This document shows positions 31,674 to 41,626 of a stretch of 64,000 nt of DNA, in pieces. Within the stretch, counting starts at the first letter, position 1; every line of letters begins with the position of its first letter. This DNA comes from an uncultured archaeon (GTDB lineage Archaea; Asgardarchaeota; Thorarchaeia; Thorarchaeales; Thorarchaeaceae), in assembly GCA_964458565.1 (NCBI GenBank), contig CAYWJO010000013.1, positions 1 through 64,000 of the forward strand, written 5' to 3'. The notes beneath the pieces are model-generated. The model saw nothing but the letters and a program-made list of their open reading frames with translations, was not told where the DNA came from and searched no databases. Both the position numbers and the translations under genes were made by a program.

Positions 31674-32693
31674 CTAGAAGCGGAATTTTGAAGTCCATCT
31701 CTTAGCTAGAGCTGTGGATGTGAACCATTCGGGGTCTGCATCCTTTATCATATTCAATACTCTGCGATAGAATCCCAATCTCTTTGGATGTCCAAGATCC
31801 TCTGGATCCGGATGGATTACGAAAACGGCAAGTCCATTTTTCGATTTGATATATTCCATCTTCTTTTTCCATGCTTTCAGCATCTCTTCCTCTGACATTT
31901 TGTAGTAGTACAATAGTGTCCAATCTTGAGGCATAGTGACGGGAATCTCTAGTAGAGGACTTTTTTGCCAAGAACCTGTATCTCTCCATAACGGATGAAA
32001 CGGAAAAAGAGTTCTACTCCCAGTGTCTGCATATCCGACTGTGGATTCGTCTGTGTCAGGATATGAGGAATCCCAGATATAACCCTCCTTTGTTAAACTC
32101 CCGATGAGCTGTTTGGTTCTATGAAGATATGGCGCTCGGTACCCCAGAGGGAGCTCGAATTCCTTTGCTATATCTGCTGCCATCTTGACTCTCATATACT
32201 GTTCATCCAATGTTAAGTAAACGAATTTTCCATCATGATGCAATCCGTGCATACCAAAATCAAATCCATCTGAAACCAAATCTTGGATATACTCTCTTTC
32301 AAGAGTGTATTCTTGTGAATCTGGTACAACATTGAACGTTGATACTACATCTAACTCCTTCTCAATCTCAACAAATTTTCGCATTCCGTAATCGTACCCT
32401 ATTTTAGTATCAACATCATGACTCATAATGACTCCAAAGTCCTTCTGCCAAAAATCTCTCTTTTCCACAGTCGAAGTATCCAACTCATCTGCGAGGTCAT
32501 CTGTTGGGAACTTTCTTCTTCTATTCTCAATTTCTTTTGGACCAAAAAGAGAAAGCATCGACACAAAACGGTTTCTTATCTGATAGGGAATGAACTGTGC
32601 TAATCCTAAGCTAACACCAAGTCTTAAGGCAATCCCTGGATTGTAATCGATGTCCATTTCATTTCGATAATAGTCACTCTTCGAAACTGTCAA
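31674..32693 (-). CDS. Polysaccharide deacetylase-family (CE4-like) protein
   Basis: SHDVD, GMHG, GYRAP, WDSS, LLEIP, HP. Confidence 0.82.
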   Translation of the reverse strand: MTVSKSDYYRNEMDIDYNPGIALRLGVSLGLAQFIPYQIRNRFVSMLSLFGPKEIENRRRKFPTDDLADELDTSTVEKRDFWQKDFGVIMSHDVDTKIGYDYGMRKFVEIEKELDVVSTFNVVPDSQEYTLEREYIQDLVSDGFDFGMHGLHHDGKFVYLTLDEQYMRVKMAADIAKEFELPLGYRAPYLHRTKQLIGSLTKEGYIWDSSYPDTDESTVGYADTGSRTLFPFHPLWRDTGSWQKSPLLEIPVTMPQDWTLLYYYKMSEEEMLKAWKKKMEYIKSKNGLAVFVIHPDPEDLGHPKRLGFYRRVLNMIKDADPEWFTSTALAKRWTSKFRF

Positions 32694-32708
32694 TGGTAGT
32701 TCCTCATA

Positions 32709-34196
32709 TTATCCTGTATACTTCATCCAGTGTCCGTATCTAGCTAACCAGCCATTAATAACCAAGCTTACTGAGGTTCGCGTCCCTCCCCATGTGCTGT
32801 TCTCTAAGTCAAACCACCACGAGTTCATTCGCTCGATTTCCTCTATTTTAGAGGATTCTAAAGGGAATAGTGTTATAACAAAAGTTCTCTCTCTCACCTT
32901 TTCCCAGAGTTCTGGTTTGTCTTCATACATGAAGATCACATGATTGTCTACCATAGATGATGGGCCATATGGAGTTCGAAATGACATCATTGCAAATGAG
33001 TCATCATATTGAGGATCCGATGGTACCCAATCCTCGATTCGGAGGTATCCAACGAGTTCTTTCATAATATCGTTTAGAATCTCGCACTTCTCCTTGTGTG
33101 AATACCGTTTGATGTACTCATCATCAGTGCGTCGAACCTGTACGGGTACTCCTGCAGCAAGAGACCTTGCTGGGATATCTTTGTTAATCACGGAACCCGC
33201 TCCAAGTGTTGCCTCTCTCCCAATGTGCACATTTGGTAAGACGAAGACTCTCCATGGAAACCAAACCCCATCCTCGATTGTGATTGGTCCAAATGCAATC
33301 GGAAATCCATCAAGAATTGGTTGCCAAGAGCCATGTGTGAATAGAAAATTAGAACCTCCAATACCAACTCTCTTCCCAATCTTAATGGGATATGTTGGAT
33401 TGAGTACACTCTGTGCAAAAATCATAGAAAGATCTCCAATTTCGATTATGGACTTGTCAGTCTTCAACCCGCCAATGTATGTCTGCTCCTGAATCGTAAC
33501 TTCTTCGCCAATGATTACCTTGTGTGTGTCTATGATAACCATCATTCCGAAACTGGAATAACGTCCAATTTTGAGTACATTGCATCTAATCATGCATGCC
33601 ATTCCAATCTTGACATGGTCTCCTATCTCAATATCTTTCGCATCAATTATTGAGAGTGGACCAAATGATACGCCCTCTCCAATTTTCGCGCCTCTCCGAC
33701 GATAGTACCAAATCTTGAGAGATGAGGGTAAAAGTCCAATGGATGCCATTTGTCCTATTGGCATCTCAAATAGATTAGGATCGCCAATTGGTGTACGAAC
33801 AAAGATGATCGGTGATATGAAAACGATAAGGGCAAGAAAGAATCGTGGACTGAACAAGCATGCGATAAGAACGTCCAAAGGTTGAGCTGCTCTGAACATT
33901 GTACGATACACGATTTCAAACACAAGCTCAAGAATGGCCCATATGAGTCCAATTGTAATGATTCTACCACGTTTGTATCTTGGTACAATCTTGAACACCA
34001 ACCAGACTGAGAGTAGCATTGTGATGATGAGACTCCAAGCTGATATGAGGCTCAGAAATAAGGGGTCCAATACTCCTGCAGCGATATCCATCCAAAGCCA
34101 GTCATTGAAAAGAACAACAATAGGGACTACCAGCCATGCTAAAAGCGCAAAGAGGCGGTTTTTATCACCAATCTCATTCATTTCTTGTTCCTCCAT
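32709..34196 (-). CDS. Membrane-anchored hexapeptide-repeat (left-handed beta-helix) acyltransferase
   Basis: About 4 N-terminal TM helices, then [IV]G-rich hexapeptide repeats, FTHG, GAGSVI, AAGVP. Confidence 0.82.
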   Translation of the reverse strand: MEEQEMNEIGDKNRLFALLAWLVVPIVVLFNDWLWMDIAAGVLDPLFLSLISAWSLIITMLLSVWLVFKIVPRYKRGRIITIGLIWAILELVFEIVYRTMFRAAQPLDVLIACLFSPRFFLALIVFISPIIFVRTPIGDPNLFEMPIGQMASIGLLPSSLKIWYYRRRGAKIGEGVSFGPLSIIDAKDIEIGDHVKIGMACMIRCNVLKIGRYSSFGMMVIIDTHKVIIGEEVTIQEQTYIGGLKTDKSIIEIGDLSMIFAQSVLNPTYPIKIGKRVGIGGSNFLFTHGSWQPILDGFPIAFGPITIEDGVWFPWRVFVLPNVHIGREATLGAGSVINKDIPARSLAAGVPVQVRRTDDEYIKRYSHKEKCEILNDIMKELVGYLRIEDWVPSDPQYDDSFAMMSFRTPYGPSSMVDNHVIFMYEDKPELWEKVRERTFVITLFPLESSKIEEIERMNSWWFDLENSTWGGTRTSVSLVINGWLARYGHWMKYTG

Positions 34197-34323
34197 ATGG
34201 TGGCAATTATTCTCTCTATATTATGATTGTTATGGACCCTAAATTGCGTCATTGTAAATTGATTATAAGCGAAGCTACATGCTGGTTTGTATTAATTCGA
34301 CTTGGATGATGAGGTGAAAAGGA

Positions 34324-36048
34324 ATTAGACTTAGTAGAACTAAACTTATACTTCTTGCTCTACTTCTATCGAGTCTGTTCGTTCTAAGCGATCTTCAGGT
34401 ATCTGCTGTCGATACCGAATTGCCTGTTGTATCACGTCAAGATCTAGCATCGGTGACAAGGACATGGACGAACCAGACCTTGATGTATCCTGATCAATGG
34501 CATAATTCATCAGAAATTGATGAGGAGTTAGCTCTTTGGAATGCAGCTGTTCCTGAATTAATTGATTGGTTTGTTATAGGTCAGAGCTTTCAAGGTAAGA
34601 ATTTGACCTGTGTTAGGATTACGAATGAACAGATTACCGAACAGAAGGCGAAGAGCTTTATCGTAGCAGAGCATCATGCAAGAGAACAGATTACTGTTGA
34701 GTTTGCATTGCGTTTCATTCTGTACATGGTTAACGGATACGGAATAGATCCCCTGATTACAGAATATCTGGATACCATAGAGATTTTTGTGATTCCTGCA
34801 CTTAATCCTGATTCTCTCAATCTTGTTGTGGATGGAGGAAATCACTGGCTTAGACGTAATATGAGACCATACAATGCTGATGGTGACGATGAGACTGATG
34901 AGGATTCATGGGAGGATGTGGATGGTGATGGATACATATCATCATTTGAATTATATGAGAAACCTGCAGATTTCATCAACCCAGTTGAATTTTGGTATGA
35001 AGGTATAGACAATGATGGTGATGGTTTGGTTAATGAGGACTATGTTGGTCTTGTTGACTTAAATCGGAACTATCCTACAGGTTTTGGTGAAGGTGAGTCA
35101 TCTGACAATCCTGATTCTGATGTTTACCATGGAGAATATGCATTTTCCGAACCCGAGACCCAGGCTCTCAGGGATTTTGTCGAACAACATCGCTTCGCCA
35201 TGGCTTATTCACTCCACTCTGGTATTAATACAACATATTTACCTACCAATCCCTATGGTTATTTTCCTGAAACAACTCTCTATTGGGATATCCTAGATGA
35301 CTATGACGAGATTCTACCGCCTGGTTTCAATGAAGTGTATGGCTATACAGCAACTAAACTTGCATCAGCAAACAGTGGCATGTGGGACGAGTGGATGTAT
35401 TATGAACGTGGTTGTACAGCCCCTGTAACTTTTGAAGTATATCACAATGGGAGTGCTGACACTTTGGATACGTACACAGTTTTGGAGGAGAACGAAACAC
35501 ACATCCTCTACGAGTGGGAAGGTATCTATCCATATTTCGCTCCTGTAGAAAGCTATATCGAAAAACTATGGATACAACTCAGGCCTGCATTTGATTATCT
35601 TATAGTCAACACACCTCGACTTGAGATTGATTTTGTTGGCGCAGATTACGATGGTAGTACGTTCACAGGCAATCTCTCGGTTTCCTGTATTGGGCACAGA
35701 TTAGATACTGTTGAGGGGATAGTTGTGCTCGATGCTGAAGGTACAGCATTGAAATCGTATGCAGTTATGGACCCTGATGAATCGATAACTAAGCGGGTAT
35801 CAATGGATCTAGCACCTGGTGAGAGTGTAATTATTCGGATTGGAAACAATTACACCGGATTTGCGGAGTACACAATCGAATCATCTGCAGAAACAAGTAC
35901 TCAACCGACAACAAGTACTAGTAATATGACAACCTCAACTACGCCTGAGACTCCCACCACTCTTACAATTGAGATGTTGGTGATAATAGCAGGTGCAGGA
36001 GTTGCTGTTGTAGTAGGCGCAATCATCATTTTGAAACGTCGAACTTAG
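34324..36048 (+). CDS. Membrane-anchored M14 zinc carboxypeptidase
   Basis: HHARE, LRRN, DLNRNY, FSEPET, LHSG, TFE, Thr-rich linker and C-terminal TM. A signal peptide appears only if translation starts at ATT 34324, after GAGGTGA. Confidence 0.92.
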   Translation: MRLSRTKLILLALLLSSLFVLSDLQVSAVDTELPVVSRQDLASVTRTWTNQTLMYPDQWHNSSEIDEELALWNAAVPELIDWFVIGQSFQGKNLTCVRITNEQITEQKAKSFIVAEHHAREQITVEFALRFILYMVNGYGIDPLITEYLDTIEIFVIPALNPDSLNLVVDGGNHWLRRNMRPYNADGDDETDEDSWEDVDGDGYISSFELYEKPADFINPVEFWYEGIDNDGDGLVNEDYVGLVDLNRNYPTGFGEGESSDNPDSDVYHGEYAFSEPETQALRDFVEQHRFAMAYSLHSGINTTYLPTNPYGYFPETTLYWDILDDYDEILPPGFNEVYGYTATKLASANSGMWDEWMYYERGCTAPVTFEVYHNGSADTLDTYTVLEENETHILYEWEGIYPYFAPVESYIEKLWIQLRPAFDYLIVNTPRLEIDFVGADYDGSTFTGNLSVSCIGHRLDTVEGIVVLDAEGTALKSYAVMDPDESITKRVSMDLAPGESVIIRIGNNYTGFAEYTIESSAETSTQPTTSTSNMTTSTTPETPTTLTIEMLVIIAGAGVAVVVGAIIILKRRT

Positions 36049-36063
36049 TCCGAACGAATGTGA

Positions 36064-36092
36064 GTGTGGGGTATCCCCCACACATGTTTTTT
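36064..36092 (+). terminator. Hairpin plus T-tract terminator
   Basis: GTGTGGGG-tatc-CCCCACAC followed by TTTTTT, 15 nt after the stop codon. Confidence 0.7.
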
Positions 36093-36358
36093 CTAAGGCA
36101 TGTGAAGCTCCGATTTAGAACCAAATAGACTCACATCAGTTATTCATAACGAACCAACCAAACCTATCGCGATTATAATGAGAAAAAGAAATGAAATCGT
36201 TCTCATCTTGACTTGGGCCCTCCGTTCATGATGTATCTACCCTGAATCACTATAATCTTTTCTTCACCTTTTTACTTGTTTAGCGTAATTCTAAATCCTA
36301 TTATAGGTAAAAACAGTGCATAAGATATTTCATATCCCACGTTCAGGGGTGACAGGAA

Positions 36359-38092
36359 ATAAGAATCAGAAAGCACTTTCTCTTGATTATTTTGATACTG
36401 ACGATACCTATGCCTTCAGTTTTGAAAATTACTTTTGAAACCACCTTTGAAACTACTCAGGAGAATATCGTTCTATCTTCAAATCTGATTTACGAAGATC
36501 AATACCATGACTATGAGATGATGTCTGATGAGGTTGACAACATCGCACAAAACGCGCCTGGAATAATTGAAGTGTTTTCAATTGGTCATAGTTATCTAGG
36601 AAAAGATCTTCTAGCTCTAAAGATAACTAATGAGTCTATCACACGACAAAAAGCAAAAACATTGGTAGTTGCACATCATCATGGACGAGAGCAAATCACA
36701 ATTGAAATGGCTCTCCGATTCATTCTCTATCTGGCGAATGGGTTTGGTCATGACGCACAGATAACCCATTATGTGAACTCATTGGAGATTTATGTCATTC
36801 CCACATTGAACCCTGATGCACTTGATAGAGTAATAAATGAGAATGATTTCTGGTTGAGGAAGAATCTACATCCATATGATAATGACTATGATGAGGAATC
36901 TGATGAGGATCCCATTGATGATGCAAACGGGGATGGATGGATCTCAAGATATGATGTTTATGACCGCGTTGACGAAGATTCAGAAATCTATCTATATTCA
37001 TATTATGAGGGAATTGACGACGACGGAGATGGAGAATTCAACGAAGATGAAATCGGGTATGTTGACCTAAATCGAAATTATGATGCTGGTTGGGGTGGAA
37101 GTGGGTCCTCAGGAGACCCTACTGATCAAACGTACCGAGGGAGGCGCCCCTTTTCAGAACCCGAGACCCAAGCTATGCGTGATTTTGCTGAGCAGCATCG
37201 ATTTGCGATGGCTTTCTCACTCCACTCAGGGATAAATGCAACATATCTTCCATCTGATGATAACGGGTATGTTGAACCTGAGTTGTATGATGAGGTGTTT
37301 GGTGATTTTGCAGATATTCTTCCGAATTCATTCATCACGGGGGGAAGATATGAAGAGACGACAGAATCCGGTCCTATCATTGAAGCTAATCATTTTGGGA
37401 AATGGAGTGACTGGATGTATGTAGAACGAAACACTCCTGTGCCAGTGTGTTTCGAGATCTTTCACGATAGCCGGGTTGATGATGCTTCACGCTATACAAC
37501 TATACTTGAGAACGATACTCACCTCATAAAGGAATGGCATGACATCTATGGTTATTTCAACCCTCCTGCCAGTAAGATTGATTTACTCTGGATGATAATC
37601 CGGCCTGCTTTCATATACTTACTCGATATGATTCCTCAGCTCGATGTTGAGGTTGTGGTTTTACCTAATGCAAGTCCAGATTTGCATGATATCCGATTGG
37701 GAGTAAACATAGGTTGTGACGCTCCAAGAATCAGTTCGGTAGACCCCATATTCGTTAAAACTACAACTGGTGAGATTATTCATTCATGGTCTGCCCTAGA
37801 TGCTGGAGCCCTATTACATGATAATGTGACGTTCTCACTTCCTTTCGATGCATCAATCTCACCGTTTACACTTCTGATTGGTAACAACTACACCGGATTC
37901 GATTCTATCATCTTAGAACGGTCCCCTCTGACCACTGTGACATACCAAACTCCATCTAACACACAATCCAGCACAGAACCAATTCCATCGAGTGGAGTCT
38001 ATCCTCTGGATTCATCTATAATTCTTATTGTGTCATCGACTGGTTTCTTAGTAGTCGCCACTATTGCTATCATCTATATCCGAAGGAGATGA
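36359..38092 (+). CDS. Membrane-anchored M14 zinc carboxypeptidase (tandem paralog)
   Basis: HHGRE, LRKN, DLNRNY, FSEPET, LHSG, CFE, C-terminal TM. ATA at 36359 after GGGGTGA adds the basic n-region; TTG 36383 is the alternative start. Confidence 0.92.
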   Translation: MRIRKHFLLIILILTIPMPSVLKITFETTFETTQENIVLSSNLIYEDQYHDYEMMSDEVDNIAQNAPGIIEVFSIGHSYLGKDLLALKITNESITRQKAKTLVVAHHHGREQITIEMALRFILYLANGFGHDAQITHYVNSLEIYVIPTLNPDALDRVINENDFWLRKNLHPYDNDYDEESDEDPIDDANGDGWISRYDVYDRVDEDSEIYLYSYYEGIDDDGDGEFNEDEIGYVDLNRNYDAGWGGSGSSGDPTDQTYRGRRPFSEPETQAMRDFAEQHRFAMAFSLHSGINATYLPSDDNGYVEPELYDEVFGDFADILPNSFITGGRYEETTESGPIIEANHFGKWSDWMYVERNTPVPVCFEIFHDSRVDDASRYTTILENDTHLIKEWHDIYGYFNPPASKIDLLWMIIRPAFIYLLDMIPQLDVEVVVLPNASPDLHDIRLGVNIGCDAPRISSVDPIFVKTTTGEIIHSWSALDAGALLHDNVTFSLPFDASISPFTLLIGNNYTGFDSIILERSPLTTVTYQTPSNTQSSTEPIPSSGVYPLDSSIILIVSSTGFLVVATIAIIYIRRR

Positions 38093-38427
38093 GTTCCTTA
38101 GGGTATGTGGAGTTCTGATTTATCTACAAAACGTATTCGACCAAAACAGAACCCTATCACAAGTACACCACGTGTTAATGCAACTAGGCTGATTATTAAT
38201 GCTCTATCAAGTTCATTCTCGCGAGGTGAAGTTGTAATGGAAGTTATCGTCGTTAGTGGATATACTGGGTTCTATTATGGTATAATTCGTTCTCATGGGG
38301 GATTGATTTACTCTCAATTTTACATCTCCTACACAATACAGAAAGACTCCATATGACCCAGCGCCATCTACACCGTACATATATCTAGATGTATTAATGC
38401 TCTGCTCAATCCTCGTTTCAGATGGGT

Positions 38428-38892
38428 CTAACTTCCTAGCTCAGCAGCAAAACGTTGTCCAAATTCATGCGCCTTTCCAGGTTCATCAGCATTGAGCGGT
38501 CCCTTGTCCGTATCAACCAAGGCTGACAATCCTTCGCTAAACAGTCTCGCTCCGGAAGCCTTCTTCCTCAGGATCTTCTCAATGCCCTGAGTGCCCTTGT
38601 GTTCATGTCTCTTTGCTAGGTATGTGTCAAATGCTGCTACAAGTTTTCCATCAAGTCCTGCCTTACATGCTCGATTTGTGGCATCTCTGATACCTCGTGA
38701 AGCTCTGAACGCATGGACTGGGCCTCCGAAGAGAACTCCATCGTATTGGGTGTAGTCCACGTCTTTAGCATCTTTCTGATTCAAGACGGCGCACTCGCTC
38801 TCACCCGAGTCCTCAATGCCGGATGCAATCTCTTTTGCTAACTGTTCTGTATTTCCGTAGGTTGTATCGAATATGATTAAGACCTTCTTCAT
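38428..38892 (-). CDS. Flavodoxin-like protein
   Basis: DTTYGNTEQLA FMN loop, FGGP, AAFDT. Confidence 0.9.
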   Translation of the reverse strand: MKKVLIIFDTTYGNTEQLAKEIASGIEDSGESECAVLNQKDAKDVDYTQYDGVLFGGPVHAFRASRGIRDATNRACKAGLDGKLVAAFDTYLAKRHEHKGTQGIEKILRKKASGARLFSEGLSALVDTDKGPLNADEPGKAHEFGQRFAAELGS

Positions 38893-38943
38893 TTCTGGAA
38901 CCCTTTTTTATTCTCTATGCTATTGCTCGAACCATTCCTTTAT

Positions 38944-39005
38944 AACGTTTGGCAAACAATGAACACCGAACGATTGATGTTTGACATATACCAAACGTTT
39001 AAATA
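38944..39005. promoter_or_regulatory. Inverted repeat next to a TATA-like box in the divergent flavodoxin / membrane-operon gap
   Basis: AACGTTTGG (38944-52) with CCAAACGTT (38991-99); nested CAAACA/TGTTTG; TTTAAATA at 38998-39005. Confidence 0.45.
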
Positions 39006-39057
39006 CAAATTACACGCTAACATACTTAGACACAACACAAAGTTTCGGTGAACAATA

Positions 39058-39963
39058 ATGTCTACAAGCTTCAACACAATTCTTGACGACCTGAAGTCGA
39101 GCCTTAAGCTGGCTTGGGGTAACATGCTAAGTTACTTTCTCGCCAATCTAGGAATGCTTATCCTGATTGGACTTCTCTTCGCGATTGTCGCAATCCCTGT
39201 AGTTGTCTTTGTCTTTATAGCTGCAGGTAGTAACTGGACTGCTTTTGCTAATATGATGCCAGTGTATGCTGAGGCTAATCCTTGGGTTCTAGGAGGAATT
39301 GCTCTTATGATTCTAGTACCGATCATTGCCCTCTTCTTAGTAGTCGTTGGCTCAATCTATGGTATGAGTAAGGAACTCGTAGCCACTGGTGAGACCAAGG
39401 CTGAACTTGCATTCTCATATTTCAAGAACAAGTTCTTCTCATTTGCTGGAGCAGGTGTACTACTTACAGTGATAATCATCCTCCCCATGATTGCCCTCTG
39501 GGGTTCTGTCAGTATCCTTAATGGTTATGTGATAACTAATGAACTCTCTACTCTCCTCTCCGTTATTACCTTCGTTTGGGCCTTCTTCACTGTGGGTTTC
39601 TGTGCAAACGTCTTTCCAGCCATCACCTATGGATCTGGTGTCATCGATGCCTTCAAGGAATCTTTTGATTTAGCCATTCAGCGATTCGATAGGGTCTTTG
39701 GCCTACTCAGTGCATTTATTGTGCTTGGAGTGGTCACATTTGGACCATTGATTCTCTGGGGTCTTGGTGCCGCCTCTATGCCACCACTAACACCCGTCAT
39801 CGATCCTCTCTTTGGAGCCGTCATGCTATGGACTTTGGTATCCGCGTTCTTGTGGGTATTCCTTCTCCTCCCCATGACAATCATTGCATGGGTCAAGTCC
39901 TACGCTGAGATGACTCAGAAGGAGATCGCCTCTCCTCCTGTCATCGAAGTACCAATTGTTTAA
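39058..39963 (+). CDS. Polytopic membrane protein
   Basis: About 6 TM helices. Paralog of the next gene (DDLK...GM.[KR]E[LI]V...F[DE]RVF). Confidence 0.85.
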   Translation: MSTSFNTILDDLKSSLKLAWGNMLSYFLANLGMLILIGLLFAIVAIPVVVFVFIAAGSNWTAFANMMPVYAEANPWVLGGIALMILVPIIALFLVVVGSIYGMSKELVATGETKAELAFSYFKNKFFSFAGAGVLLTVIIILPMIALWGSVSILNGYVITNELSTLLSVITFVWAFFTVGFCANVFPAITYGSGVIDAFKESFDLAIQRFDRVFGLLSAFIVLGVVTFGPLILWGLGAASMPPLTPVIDPLFGAVMLWTLVSAFLWVFLLLPMTIIAWVKSYAEMTQKEIASPPVIEVPIV

Positions 39964-40047
39964 TTGGGACGGGTGTATCGTGAGAGTGTCTTCAAAGCCT
40001 GGCGATGAAGGCATTCTCACACCTATATTTCCTTACGGAGGTACAAG

Positions 40048-40980
40048 ATGATGCAGAAAAGAACAAGTTTCAAAGTTGTTTGGGACGACCTAAAGATCAG
40101 TATCCGTTTTGCTATTAGCAATATAGGGTCCTTCCTGCTAGCAATGATTGGAGTACTAATAGTCACAGGTCTACTCTTTATCCTTGTTTTTGGAATACTT
40201 ATGATATTCCTTGTCATATTTGCTGGTGGACTCCCTGGTCTTATTCAATTCTTCACAGATATTAGCACCTCATTTGAGGTTCTCGATTTTGGTGCATTGG
40301 GACTTGGGCTGCTTGTCCTAGTACCTCTAATTAGCCCCCTTTTCGTGGCAATTGGAGCCCTCTTCGGAATGGGTCGTGAAATAGTTGAGAGTGAAGGAAC
40401 TTCTGCTGAAGGAGTTTTCACATGGTATCGGCGTAAGTTCATTCCTCTTGCAGGTGGTGGAATAATTCTCTTTTTAATAACCGCTCTACCTCCTGTATTA
40501 GGTTTCACGATTACATACGTAATATTCGGGCTTAGTGTTCCCCCGCTGGTAAATTCAATTCTTGCTGGATTGACATTTGTGTGGATAATCATCGCTACTG
40601 GAAGTCTATCGATGTTGTTTCCCGCCATTATCGATGGGCACAGTGCGGTTGACGCTACAATGTTGTCCATCCGATTGAGTTGGAAGTACTTTGATCGGGT
40701 CTTCTCAGTCTGGCTAGGCATACTCTCAATGATATTGTTAGTGTTCATACCCATAGTTGCTTTTCCATTTGCAACATTCAATGATCCTTCAGGTCTAGCA
40801 TCATCTGGTATGTGGGTTGCAGTATATGCCGTGCCAGCAGTTTTCATCGTTGCGTTAGTGTTTATTCCAGCCGCAGCGATAGCGCTCAGCAGAGTGTATC
40901 TTATCTTGACAGCTACAGAGAATCATACTCAAACAGATAAAGATGACACTCCGGGCCTGAGCTTCGTTGGAGGCTTCTGA
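40048..40980 (+). CDS. Polytopic membrane protein (paralog)
   Basis: Same motif pattern and topology as 39058..39963. Confidence 0.85.
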   Translation: MMQKRTSFKVVWDDLKISIRFAISNIGSFLLAMIGVLIVTGLLFILVFGILMIFLVIFAGGLPGLIQFFTDISTSFEVLDFGALGLGLLVLVPLISPLFVAIGALFGMGREIVESEGTSAEGVFTWYRRKFIPLAGGGIILFLITALPPVLGFTITYVIFGLSVPPLVNSILAGLTFVWIIIATGSLSMLFPAIIDGHSAVDATMLSIRLSWKYFDRVFSVWLGILSMILLVFIPIVAFPFATFNDPSGLASSGMWVAVYAVPAVFIVALVFIPAAAIALSRVYLILTATENHTQTDKDDTPGLSFVGGF

Positions 40981-41626
40981 TTTGGCCAAAGTGTATGATA
41001 AAATCGAACCAATGAAAGACCTAGAAATAATATCTGATCCTAGGACTATTAAGGTCCTTTTTGAGCCTACTCGTTCCGAGATAGTGTTCAGATACCTTGT
41101 GAATGGCTCGATGACTGTAAAACAGCTATCAGATGCCCTTGGAAAGAATCCTGGAACCATACTTCACCACATTGACAAGTTGAAAGATGTCGGTCTTGTG
41201 GTTCAGGATTATACTGAACAAACAATAACTGGTATTGTCCAACGATACTATCGTGCAACTGCTCGAGAGTATCGACTTGGTATTGGCGGGATGATGCAGA
41301 CTGATAGTGGTGTCGCTGAGTTTGCAGAAAAACGTCTCAAATCAATGCTTTCTAGTCTCACATATTATGGTATTGAGATTCCAGAGGGAGATCTGGCGGA
41401 AGCAACTCAACTATTGAGACAATTGATTGAACGTGAGAACGAAGTGAGTTCTAAACTTCCCATCTCCGATGAGAAGATCTTTGCTAAGCTTCAACGTCCA
41501 GTCAGAAATGACGCATCGCGAATCATGAGACGGTTCATCCTCGATCAAGATTCGCAATATCGCGGACTACGAGATAAGTGGAATGTCTTTCTCAAGTCCC
41601 ATCAAAAAGGTGTGAGTAAACAATGA
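40967..41626 (+). CDS. ArsR-like winged-helix transcription regulator
   Basis: PTRSEI...MTVKQLSDALGKNPGTILHHIDKLKDVGLV, RYYRATA. Confidence 0.88.
   Translation: MEASDLAKVYDKIEPMKDLEIISDPRTIKVLFEPTRSEIVFRYLVNGSMTVKQLSDALGKNPGTILHHIDKLKDVGLVVQDYTEQTITGIVQRYYRATAREYRLGIGGMMQTDSGVAEFAEKRLKSMLSSLTYYGIEIPEGDLAEATQLLRQLIERENEVSSKLPISDEKIFAKLQRPVRNDASRIMRRFILDQDSQYRGLRDKWNVFLKSHQKGVSKQ

Noticed and set aside
38105-38356. 83-aa plus-strand ORF after the M14 pair
   Set aside because: No recognisable features; the opposite strand looks more like a gene remnant.
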